64,000 nucleotides of DNA from Armatimonadota bacterium (GTDB lineage: Bacteria > Armatimonadota > SYMT01), in NCBI GenBank assembly GCA_041690135.1, contig JAWLHY010000012.1, forward strand, positions 128,001 through 192,000, given 5' to 3'. The notes under the pieces are model-generated. The model did no database searches, was not told the origin of the DNA, and worked only from the letters and a program-made list of their open reading frames with translations. Shown piece after piece: positions 42,068 to 51,582 of this stretch. Position 1 is the stretch's first letter. Each line of letters begins with the position of its first letter. The position numbers and the translations under genes are program-made.

Positions 42068-45000
42068 ATGAAGGCGCCAGCCAGGCCGAAAGTACCAGCG
42101 CCTGCGGGTGGCACCCTCCTAGCGTGGCAACGGCAAGTGGCGGAACTGAACCGCGAGATCCAACAGATCAAGCAGTGGCAACAGCAGCCCGGCACGGTCT
42201 ACGGCACCGCCCAGCGAATGATTGAAGCGCGGATCACCCGCATGAGCCTGCTGAAGCAGCGGATCGAGGAAGCGAAGCGCGGGGTTCGCACGCCGCCCAC
42301 CCATCCCCAATCGGTGGAGCGGCGGAGCGCGCAGGCAAAGCAAGCCATGGCGCGGTCCGCGGCCCACCGGCGCGCAAAGAATGCTTTCAACGCCACGGTG
42401 CCGATCGACCTGATCCGCCTGGAAGCGGAGCGGGAGAGCCCTCTGACCCAGCAGGTCGCGAGTGGTCTGGCGGGAGTGGTGGGTGCGGACCCCTACCAGG
42501 ACGAGTCGCGGGCCATTCTCCGCAAGCGGCAGCAGAAGGGCACGGCGCCGACCCTACGAGTCCAGCCCGCAGAGGTGGGCCAGATCCAGGCCCTGCGGCC
42601 CTATGTGGAGGACTTCCTGAACGCCACGCGCCGGGATTACCACACGCTGCGGAAGCAGGGGATCACGCCGCTTTCCGTGGACCGGCTGCGCGCGTATCTC
42701 CAGCAGGAATATGCGGGTCGCCGGAAGCTGACGGCGGCGCAGGAACGGGCGTTGCCGGGCATCCTCGCCGGGCTGCAAGTGCGGTGGGACGAGCGGGTGC
42801 GCGGCGCCAAGCGCGTAGGCGCCCGCCTGGCGGAGAATGCCGTCGGCGTGGCGACCGGCGGAGCGGGCCTCTTGCCGCGCGCGGCGGCGGCGGCCAGCGC
42901 GGGGATCGTCGCGCAGGCGTTCGTCGATACGAACCATCCGGAACTGACCGCGGCGGAACGGCTCCAGTCGGCCGGCACGGCGGGTCTGTTTTCGGCCGGT
43001 GCGGAGGGTCTCGGCGCCGCGTGGCAGGCAGCGCGCAAGGTGAAGAGCCCCACGGTCTCCCCGGGACCGGTATCGCCGCACCCGGTACCCGGGGCGCCAC
43101 ACTCCGCAAAGCCGGGGCCCGCCGGAGGGCCGTTCGCGGAAGCGAAGCCGGGGAACTCCCTTCCGGCAAAGGCTCCCTCTCCCGGCCCGGCTCCCCGGCC
43201 CCGCCCGGGAACGCGCGTGACGGTGAAGACGCCCCGCGGCGCCCGGATTACCGGGGAGGTCACCCGCTCCTCGCCGGACGGTCGGACGGTGTACGTGCGG
43301 AACTCCGCCACGGGTAAGGAGGTGCCGGCCAGGGTACCGCCAAAAGGCGCACCAGGCGTGCCCCAGAAGGGCGCGCCCGCGACACCCTCGAAAGCCCCTG
43401 CGAATCCGAAGCAGCCGGCGGTAGGCGGTCCCCAGCCTACTCCGGCACCGCAGCAGGCGTCTCCGGCCGCGAAGCCACCGTACCCGCCGGTGCCCGCGCG
43501 CCCCGCGGAACCCCCGGCCGTTACCGGATGGTCGGAGCCTACTCCCGCTTCGCAGGGAACCTTGACCACGGCGCAGCATGGGGGACACCCCGGCGACGAA
43601 CGCCCGCCTGGCAAAGCAGACGGCGAACGACGTGGCCGGGGCCGCCCCGGCTCCCCGCAGCCGGCCGGAGGGGGCACCGGGTAACCGCAGTGCTCCGGCG
43701 TCACCGGGCGCCACCGGCAACCGGAAACCGGGTACCGCACCGGACGCGACGGGCAACCCGAAACCCGCTACCGCACCGGACCCGGTGGAAGCACGGTCGG
43801 GCCAGCGCGGCGATACACCCCCCGCGGTGCCGGAGGCGCCGGTGACCCGGGGAGGCCCGGAACCGGAAGGGGTCCCGGCGAAAGCGACCGGATCTCGTCG
43901 GCGCCGTCCGGTGGAAGGGATGCACGACTCCGCCCTGACGGGAACGGCGGCCACCGCCACGACGCGCGCCGCCGCGCGCGCCACCGGGCGGACGGCACCG
44001 GGAATCCCCACCGGCACGCCCGTGGCCACCCCTACGGGCGGGAGCATGGCCTCCCCCGGCGGGCCACCTTCCCCCGGCGGAACACCCCCCACGGGGGGAC
44101 CGCCCCGCGGCGCGCCACCCGGTGCCCCCGGACAACCGCAACCGAGAACCACTACCGCCCCCGCGCAGCAGCCGGGGGCGGTCGGCGTTTCTGGCTCCGC
44201 GGGAGGGAGCAAAACCCCCACGTCCCAGAGCCAGGGAAGGCCTCCGGGACTCACCCCGGGTGGCCCCCCATCGGGGCCGCTTCGCCAGGCGGAGGTCGAG
44301 GAGGACATCCGCGACGTACTGGCGCGGCTCCGGAGCGGCGGCCGGAAAAGCAACGAGAACGGCGCCTTCACCCGCGCGGGGGATGAGCAGCGGCTGAGAG
44401 ACCTCCGGCAGGAGCGGCAGGACCTGGTGCGCGGCCGGGGCGGGCGGTACCGGGTGGGGGAGCCGGTGGTCGGCACCCGGCACAACGGGACAAGGGAGGC
44501 GCTGGTCTACGACGGGATGGCCAGCGACACGCACGCCTACGTGAGAGACCCCAGGACGGGACGGCGGCGTTCGGGAACGGTGCCGGTCGAGCGCCTGCGG
44601 ATACCAGCACCCGGTGTCCCCAACAGCCGTCGTGCAAAGCTTCATGCCCACTTGGATGCAGCGGAAGCCGCCGCCCGGCAGAAGTTGAGTGCGCTCCGGG
44701 CTTCGCGCCGGGGCGGGAAACTCGCTGCCGGGCTTGGCGGCTTTAGTGACCTGCTGGAGGAAGCACCGCACTGGATCGAGATCGGCGCGGTGCAGATGGC
44801 ACGTGGACTGCTCGAGTTCGACGCCTGGTCGCGCCGGATGCTGGAGGAGTTGGGGGACGAACTGCGGGCCACGGGGCGGAACGTGGATGAATTACTCCGG
44901 GAGATCTGGGGTCTCTCACGAAGAGTACATGGTGAAGAAACACATAGCCGTGGCAAACAAACGTCCGATCTGATTCTAGGGAAGAAGAGCCTCGCGTTCA

Positions 45001-45526
45001 CGCCCGCCGAAAGGGAATTAAAGCCGCTTCACTGAAGCCTAAGAGCAAGAAGGGTGCTGCCAACTACCTCAAAGCCGCGGAGGAGCGTGAGTATCCAGAT
45101 AGCGCTGCCTTCCCTTGGGGAGAGGGTGATTTTAAGGTGTGGTTCGACAGTGCGAATATGGAAACTTTCGTGGCGGCATGGACTGATAAGACCGTTAGAC
45201 TAGCTATCGAACGGCGGATCCGCCACCCCGGAGGTCTCCACGAATGGTTGATGACCGCACGGGCAGACAAATTCAAGGAGTGGGGTATGTCTATTGCGCT
45301 GATTCATGAGCTACGTACCCGCATAGTAGATGTGGAGTGGGTTAATCCATCTGGGCGCCACGGTGGAAAGGGTTCGGGGCGAGCTCACAGGGAAATCTTA
45401 AAGCTGATCGACGCCAGTGCGACCTATGGCGAGTATGTAGTTGCTTTGAACAAGTGGGCCGACAGTCGCCTTAAGGGTGGTCGGACTGCATTGCCTGATG
45501 GACTTCAGATTGTGGAGGGGAGATGA
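42068..45526 (+). pseudogene. Putative polymorphic toxin A, split by two compensating frameshifts (ORFs 42068-43684, 43578-45035, 44948-45526)
   Basis: Same architecture as 54899-59203: coiled coil, Pro/Gly linker, shared pre-toxin domain at ~44292-44597. Lower-GC C-terminal domain RHPGGLHEWLM...HGGKGSGRAH lies in a frame open from 44948. Confidence 0.6.
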
Positions 45527-46203
45527 CGGAGAGTAAGCTATACGAATTCTGGCAATCCGTTGTGGGCGTAGACGAAGATGAGAGTTGGTCTGAACCAGCC
45601 GACTTGGTCTTCCTTTTCCAGAATTTTCGTCCCCATGGTCAAGGAGTAGAGAGGATTCTCAATGGTTTTTGGGGAGCGAGGCAAATGCTTCCGCGATTGC
45701 TGGAAGTATACAAAGCCACTGCCTCAGGATGGGATGCGCGTCCAGTTGCATTTGATTACTTCCTAGTGACTGAACCTACGCACATCGATGACTCCCGCGT
45801 AGAGGAGTTAATCAGGAGCTACCTGGACAAGATGAAGCGTATGGCCGAAGAGATCAACTACAGGCAGACTGCGTCGAATCTATCGGTTGTTGAGCGAGTG
45901 CAGATCGTCCGGGCGCAAGATGCACCCCACTCATTGGATTTGAGCAGAACCGAGGACTTGCTTTATGCAATGCAGAGTGACTTTTTCAGCTTGACGCCGA
46001 GCCAACCCAGTGAACTGTGGTTGCTGGAACCCGCGTTGTATTCGATGGCCAATGATAACCCGCTTACGTACCATCTGCTCTGGCCCTTGAAGGCGAAAGG
46101 CAGTAGTGTAGAAGAACCGTTTCTACCCTACTTCGAACTTTGGAAACATGCAGTAACCCTCAGGTTGGATGCTGATCGGGCAACCGCTTATATTCCGGCA
46201 TGA
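45523..46203 (+). CDS. Candidate immunity protein for toxin A
   Basis: ATGA overlap with the toxin-domain stop; same lower-GC composition; no recognisable motif. Confidence 0.6.
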   Translation: MTESKLYEFWQSVVGVDEDESWSEPADLVFLFQNFRPHGQGVERILNGFWGARQMLPRLLEVYKATASGWDARPVAFDYFLVTEPTHIDDSRVEELIRSYLDKMKRMAEEINYRQTASNLSVVERVQIVRAQDAPHSLDLSRTEDLLYAMQSDFFSLTPSQPSELWLLEPALYSMANDNPLTYHLLWPLKAKGSSVEEPFLPYFELWKHAVTLRLDADRATAYIPA

Positions 46204-46592
46204 CGAACACAAGCATGGAGGGTGCCGAAACAAGTAGCCGGATCCATTTCTGGATGAGGTCGTGGGTCGGGCTGTCGGCACCCGCACTGGGACAACCGCG
46301 GCCACGACACTGGCCGGAAGCGTCGGCTCACCCGCCGGGGGAGCCCCGGCAGGCGGAGCACCCCCCACGGGGGGACCGCCCCGCGACGCGCCGCCCGGTG
46401 ACTCCGGACAACCGCAACCGAGAACTACCACCGCCCCCGCGCAACAGCCGGGGGCGGTCAGCGTTTCTGGGTCCGGCTCGGGGGCGTCGACGGCCGGGAG
46501 GAAGCGGGTTGGGCAGAAATTGCCCAGAAAGGGGCCTCTCGATGGCTAATTTCGCGCTGGTCGGACTATCTACCCATCGGGAGGACCGACCG

Positions 46593-47015
46593 GTGAACAG
46601 TGATTTCGAAACCCAACTGTCCGAATACTGCCGCGAGGCCCGGCTGACAGCCGTACAGACGGAGATCGTGGAGCTCTACCTGATCCTGGAGATGCCGCCA
46701 GCGCAGATCCGCTTGAAGACGGGGCTGAAACGGGTGAGCCAGGTGCAGGCGGAACTCGCCAAAGCGCTCCGGAGGCTGCAAGCCGTGGCGCCCGGCTTCT
46801 GGGAAGAGGGGAACGCCTTCCCCCGGCACCTGCTGGCGGCGGTGCGCAACCGTCCCGAACGCGACGAGCGGCCGCGGGACGTACGGGGCGTGACCCCGGA
46901 CCGGGAGGCGGAGCGGGCGCCGCGGGTGCGGATGGTGACCGCGGGCGACCGGCGCCTCCGGCAGGACCTCCGCAGCGCGGCCCGGTTGTGGGCGCGGTCG
47001 CGGAGTGGTGCATAG
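46593..47015 (+). CDS. Sigma-70 region-4-like HTH protein, possible late-operon regulator
   Basis: LTAVQTEIVELYLILEMPPAQIRLKTG..VSQVQAELAKALRRL; GGGAGG RBS before GTG; sits ahead of lysis/packaging genes. Confidence 0.55.
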   Translation: MNSDFETQLSEYCREARLTAVQTEIVELYLILEMPPAQIRLKTGLKRVSQVQAELAKALRRLQAVAPGFWEEGNAFPRHLLAAVRNRPERDERPRDVRGVTPDREAERAPRVRMVTAGDRRLRQDLRSAARLWARSRSGA

Positions 47016-47337
47016 GGACTACCAAGACACGAGTGCTTCAGTTGGGCGAGTAAACTCACGCCTACAAACAGCGACTGCCCACACCCACTCCGTGGGTGCC
47101 CGGCGCCCGCCTCCGTCGGCTGGAAACAACAATGCAGTTGTTTGCTGCCAAATCCTCAGGTTCCGCAGTCACACAACGCTTGATCGGGGTGTCCACTGCG
47201 CTCCGGGCGGCGCACTCATTAACATCACTCCCTGAATTACGGCAGGGTCAGGGCTTTGTACCGCTGGTGAGACGGCGCGCTCACCGGACCGTGATACCGC
47301 AGCGGGTATTTCTTTGCCTACCGGAAAGGGGGTGGGG

Positions 47338-47619
47338 GTGGACTTCAAGGAGGTGCTGATGGGCGTGCAGCTCGTCGTGTCGCTCCTCACGCTGCTGGCC
47401 CTGATCTTCGGCGCGGGCCGCTTTACGAGCCGCATCGAGGAAGGGCTGGTGGGCGTGCGCGATGACCTGAGCGAGCACACGCAACGGGAAGAGAAGCGGT
47501 TCGACGAGATCCGCGGCAAGCTCCACACGCAGGCGGACCGGCTGCAGGAGCTGACTACGACGCAGGCGACACAACACACACGGCTGGCCCACCTGGAACA
47601 GGGCGGCAGCCGGCGCTGA
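47338..47619 (+). CDS. Holin-like membrane protein (one TM helix plus coiled coil)
   Basis: VQLVVSLLTLLALIFGAG TM segment; lies upstream of the endolysin. Confidence 0.55.
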   Translation: MDFKEVLMGVQLVVSLLTLLALIFGAGRFTSRIEEGLVGVRDDLSEHTQREEKRFDEIRGKLHTQADRLQELTTTQATQHTRLAHLEQGGSRR

Positions 47620-47644
47620 CCACGGAACAACGAAAGGATGGTGG

Positions 47645-47890
47645 ATGATGGACCTCTCTAATTGGGTGCTGGCCCTGCTCGCGCTCTCCCCGAAGACGAA
47701 GGGATTGGCGAAAGCGCTCCGGTGGCTGGAAGCCAGCATGGAGGAAGACGAGAAGCTGCGGGCACTGGCGCCGGGCGAACAGACGGTGCTGGAGCTGCCC
47801 GATGCCCTGGACCCGAAGCTCCGCTCCCGAGGCGGAAAGCGGTTTTCGGTCGACGCGGTGGTCGTAAAACGGCTGGGAGAAGAGCGATGA
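47645..47890 (+). CDS. Small hypothetical protein of the lysis cassette
   Basis: ORF between holin-like gene and endolysin, ATGA overlap with the latter. Confidence 0.55.
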   Translation: MMDLSNWVLALLALSPKTKGLAKALRWLEASMEEDEKLRALAPGEQTVLELPDALDPKLRSRGGKRFSVDAVVVKRLGEER

Positions 47891-48597
47891 GCGACTTCGA
47901 ACGAGCGATGGCCTTCGTGCTACGGCACGAAGGCGGCTACGTCCGCGACCCTGACGACCCGGGCGGCGAGACGAACCAGGGGGTTACGCGGCGGGTGTAC
48001 GACACGTATCGCCTGGCCCAGGGGCTGGTGACCCGCTCCGTGCGGCTGATCAACCCCGAAGAGGTGCGGGAGATCTACCGGACCCGCTACTGGCAACCCG
48101 CACACTGCGAGGGCATGACCTGGCCGCTGAACGCCGCGGTGTTCGACGCGGCGGTGAACACGGGAGTCCGCCAGGGCCGGAAGCTGCTGCAGCGAGCGCT
48201 GGAGGTGACGGACGACGGCCAGTGGGGACCGGAGACGGCCGCGGCCGTGCAGAAGGCGGCGCCGAAGGAGACGGCGCTCCGGATGGGCCGGGAGCGGATT
48301 GAGTTCTACCATCGCCTGGCGGAGGAACGACCGGCCCTCTCCAAGTTCCTGCGCGGCTGGGTGCACCGGGTCAACGCCTTGAGCGGGCTGATCGAAGAAC
48401 GGCCGGAGGAGACGCCGGTGACGGTGCTGGTGGACGGCCGCGAGCTTACCGGGGTGGCGACGCTGACGGAGCAGGGGGTCACGGTGCTGCTGCGGCCGGT
48501 GGCGGAGGCGCTGGGGGCGCGGGTGCACTGGGATGGGAGGACGAGGACCGTTAGGGTCGCTTCCGCGACGGATCAGGCGGTGGGCAGTAGGCAGTAG
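47887..48597 (+). CDS. Endolysin, glycoside hydrolase family 108, with C-terminal copper-amine-oxidase-N-like (stalk) domain
   Basis: HEGGYVRDPDDPGGETNQGVT, FDAAVNTG, FLRGWVHRV; C-terminal LLRPVAEALGARVHWDGRTRTV. Confidence 0.88.
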   Translation: MSDFERAMAFVLRHEGGYVRDPDDPGGETNQGVTRRVYDTYRLAQGLVTRSVRLINPEEVREIYRTRYWQPAHCEGMTWPLNAAVFDAAVNTGVRQGRKLLQRALEVTDDGQWGPETAAAVQKAAPKETALRMGRERIEFYHRLAEERPALSKFLRGWVHRVNALSGLIEERPEETPVTVLVDGRELTGVATLTEQGVTVLLRPVAEALGARVHWDGRTRTVRVASATDQAVGSRQ

Positions 48598-48716
48598 GCA
48601 GTGGAGGGCCTTCGGCCGATTGGATGAGGATTAGGATGAGGATCGGCCTGCGGCCTCTGGAAGGCAGTGGGTAGTGGAGGGATGGAGGGGTGAGGGGTGG
48701 GTGGAGAGGCGGGTGG

Positions 48717-48820
48717 GAGTAGGAGTAAGAGTAAGAGTAAGAGTAGGAGTAAGAGTAAGAGTAAGAGTAAGAGTAAGAGTGGGGATAGGTAGAGTATGAG
48801 TGGGGATAGGCAGAGTATGA
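48717..48820. repeat. (GAGTAA/GAGTAG)n microsatellite inside the phage-like operon
   Basis: Read directly. Confidence 0.9.
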
Positions 48821-48850
48821 GTGGCTCCGGGATGGGGGAGGTGTGGGAGG

Positions 48851-49450
48851 ATGATGATGGAGAGGGATGAAGATCGACCGGGGGAGGGGCGCGGGGGGCA
48901 GGAGGTGGTTGGTGCGGCTGGGCCGCGGGTGCGGGAGTCGCTGGATGCGCTGGAGCAACTGCTGAAGGGCCTGGAGCGGGTGAACCTGCTGATGGATGCC
49001 TGCGACGCGTGGCTGCGGGATGCCGAAGACCCGTCGCGCTACCACCTGGGGCCGCGCGCGTCGGAGATCGAGGTGCTTTATGAAGTGGAGCTGCCGGCGA
49101 AGGACGGAGCCCGGGCGCGGACGGAGAAGCGGCGCAGGAAACTCTCGGAGCTGCTCGCACTGATGAAGACGCTGGACGAGGGCGACGGGAGCGTGGTGTA
49201 CACCGAGGTGAAAGAGACCCGGTATGCCGATCCGCGCGACCTGGTGCTGAAGACCTCCGTGGAGGCCCGGCAGATCGTGTCGCTGGCGGTGGACCTATCG
49301 CGCAGCCTGGCGGACGTACGCGCCATGGAAACGCTGCGTGACGCCATGCTGGCGGAGTGGGCGAGGATGGCTCCGGAAGCGGCGGAGCGGATTGCGGAGG
49401 CGGTGCGCCGGGTGGCGATGGTCCACCGAAACGGGACCAGCACCGCCTGA
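48851..49450 (+). CDS. Hypothetical helical protein, candidate terminase small subunit
   Basis: Position immediately upstream of the TerL ATPase ORF; helical composition; no diagnostic motif. Confidence 0.45.
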   Translation: MMMERDEDRPGEGRGGQEVVGAAGPRVRESLDALEQLLKGLERVNLLMDACDAWLRDAEDPSRYHLGPRASEIEVLYEVELPAKDGARARTEKRRRKLSELLALMKTLDEGDGSVVYTEVKETRYADPRDLVLKTSVEARQIVSLAVDLSRSLADVRAMETLRDAMLAEWARMAPEAAERIAEAVRRVAMVHRNGTSTA

Positions 49451-49467
49451 ACAGGAGGGACGGATCA

Positions 49468-50259
49468 ATGGCTACCGGATCGCGGGCACGTTTCGACGTG
49501 CCCGCTTTTGTTTCGGACCTGCTGCCGAGGATGAAGCCGTACCTGCCTCCGGAGCCGGAGCAGGCGCCGAACCCCTACAAATCGAGCTTCCTCCTGTTCC
49601 TGCGCGATTGCGTGTGGACCGTGGACGAGGCGCGAGGCGGCGAGGTACGGCGCTGGCCCTGGGGGGTGGGCAAAGACGGAAAGAGCTGGGAGGAGTACTG
49701 GAATGACTGGGACGTGGCACTGCACAAGTATCCTCGCCTGTTTGTCGACAAGACGCGCCGCACGATGGCGTCGAATGTGGTGGTGGCGTGGGACCTCTGG
49801 CTGCTGGCCGGGGGGACGGACGGGAAGGCTCGCTGGCCGGAACTGGCCGGGAACGATGGCAACCGCTCGGTCCTGATCCAGAGCAAGAAGCTGGAGGGAG
49901 AGACCGGCAGCCAGGCGTTCATCGCGAAGATCAAGCGGATGTGCCAGCACTTTGAAGATCGCGGCGGCCGGGAGCTGTGGCCGGACTTTCCCGAATGGGA
50001 GATCGGCCTGACCAAGGGGCACTTCAGCAACGGGAGCCGGGTGGAGGCGGTGGCGCAGGGCGGCGACCAGGTGCGGGGGCCCGGCTCCACCCACATCCAC
50101 ATCGAGGAAGCCGGGTTCATGGACCAGGTCCAGGAGAGCATCGAGACGGCGATCCCGGCGCTGGCGGGCGGGGGGCACATCACCGTGGTGACGACGCCGA
50201 ACGCCAACGCGACCTACCTGAAACGGCTGCGGGCCGGGGAACTGGGGGCGAGAAGATAA
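49468..50259 (+). CDS. terL: Terminase large subunit, ATPase half
   Basis: DKTRRTMAS (KsRq.g.S-type Walker A), VRGPGSTHIHIEEAGF (Walker B), VVTTPN (motif III). Confidence 0.72.
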   Translation: MATGSRARFDVPAFVSDLLPRMKPYLPPEPEQAPNPYKSSFLLFLRDCVWTVDEARGGEVRRWPWGVGKDGKSWEEYWNDWDVALHKYPRLFVDKTRRTMASNVVVAWDLWLLAGGTDGKARWPELAGNDGNRSVLIQSKKLEGETGSQAFIAKIKRMCQHFEDRGGRELWPDFPEWEIGLTKGHFSNGSRVEAVAQGGDQVRGPGSTHIHIEEAGFMDQVQESIETAIPALAGGGHITVVTTPNANATYLKRLRAGELGARR

Positions 50260-50260
50260 G

Positions 50261-51217
50261 ATGCTGCGGATGTTGGACACGCCGGATGAGTGGGGGATCC
50301 TGGAGATCCGCGGGATGGAGCACACGCCGGAATACGACCCGGACGTGATCGGCGCGGGGATGAGCGTGCAGACGTACCGGCGGGAAGTGCTGGGGGACTG
50401 GAGCGCCACCACCGGGAAGGTGGTGTACCCCGAGTTCGGGGCGATCCACAAGGCGCTGGACCCCCTGCCGTTCGATCCGGGCCGTCCGCTGGTGTGCGGC
50501 TGGGATTTCGGCGGATCTCCCACCAGCGGGACCCCCGCCTTCGTACCGACCCAGCTCAACGCGCGGAGGCAGTGGCTGGTCTACCCGCCCCTGGTGCCCG
50601 GCGAGCAGGAGACGGTGGGGATCTATGAGTTCACCCAGTGGGTGGCCCAGTACCTGGCCGAGGAGTTCGCCGCCCCGGCCGGCCTCGCGCTGCCGGAGCT
50701 GAAGCTGGTCCACATCGGCGACCCCGCGGGTGACTACCACCCGCCCCGTACCCAGGGCATGACGAGTAGCCGCCTGGAGATGCGGAGCTGCTATCAGATC
50801 ATCGAGCGCGGGCTGCAGGTGGTGGTCGGGCACACGGAGTTTGGCCAGCCGATCGTGGAGGAGAAACCGGGCTTCGGCTGGCGCGTGAAGCGCGGCGAGG
50901 TGACCCTGGCGAAGCGGATGGAAGCGCTGCGCTCGCGGTTGACGATGCTGGTGGACGGCGGTCTGCCGGCGCTGGTGGTGGACCCGGCGGCCAAGATGAT
51001 CATCGACGGGTTCGAGGGCGGCTATCACTACCCGCAGCGCCAGGATGGGCGGTACGAGCTGGACCCGGCGAAAAACCACTTCTCCCACCCGATGAACGCC
51101 CTGGAGTACGCGGCGAGCCGGTTGGGGACGGCCTTCGCGCCGGAGCCGGACGACGAGGGGCCGGCCCGGGGCCGGGAGTTCACGACGCGGACGCCGGGGA
51201 GGCGGAGACCGGATTAG
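50261..51217 (+). CDS. terL: Terminase large subunit, RNase H-like nuclease half
   Basis: YRREVLGDW...VYPEF, CGWDFG, IGDPAG, KNHFSHPMNALEY. Confidence 0.75.
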   Translation: MLRMLDTPDEWGILEIRGMEHTPEYDPDVIGAGMSVQTYRREVLGDWSATTGKVVYPEFGAIHKALDPLPFDPGRPLVCGWDFGGSPTSGTPAFVPTQLNARRQWLVYPPLVPGEQETVGIYEFTQWVAQYLAEEFAAPAGLALPELKLVHIGDPAGDYHPPRTQGMTSSRLEMRSCYQIIERGLQVVVGHTEFGQPIVEEKPGFGWRVKRGEVTLAKRMEALRSRLTMLVDGGLPALVVDPAAKMIIDGFEGGYHYPQRQDGRYELDPAKNHFSHPMNALEYAASRLGTAFAPEPDDEGPARGREFTTRTPGRRRPD

Positions 51218-51536
51218 GACCATGATAACGATAAGGATAAGGAGAGGGATGGCAGAACCAGATCTCTTCTTATCGGGGCGGGGTGCGTGCTTCTGCGCTT
51301 TCGGCCCCCTACCCCGGCTATGCCGATTAGGATGAAGATGAAGATTAGGATAGGGAGAACGCACTTCGGCTGTCACGGCTTCTTCTCTGGACTCCAAGTG
51401 CGTGCTTCCGCGCTTTCGGCTCTCCCCCCAATCCAAGGGAAGTGCGAGTTCGGGACTGGTGCAGCTGGTGAGGCCGAGCTGATGTGAGGATTGACTCCGG
51501 TCAGGATTGAGATCACGAGATGACGCTGGTAGGTGC

Positions 51537-51568
51537 GGGCGACCTGTGGGGTCGCCCTTTTCTTTTTT
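51537..51568 (+). terminator. Rho-independent terminator upstream of the GroES-like gene
   Basis: GGGCGACC-TGTGG-GGTCGCCC-TTTTCTTTTTT. Confidence 0.75.
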
Positions 51569-51582
51569 CTGGGGAGGGCGGG

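Noticed and set aside
10960-48820. CRISPR array
   Set aside because: Repeats are contiguous 6-9 bp units without unique spacers; no cas genes.
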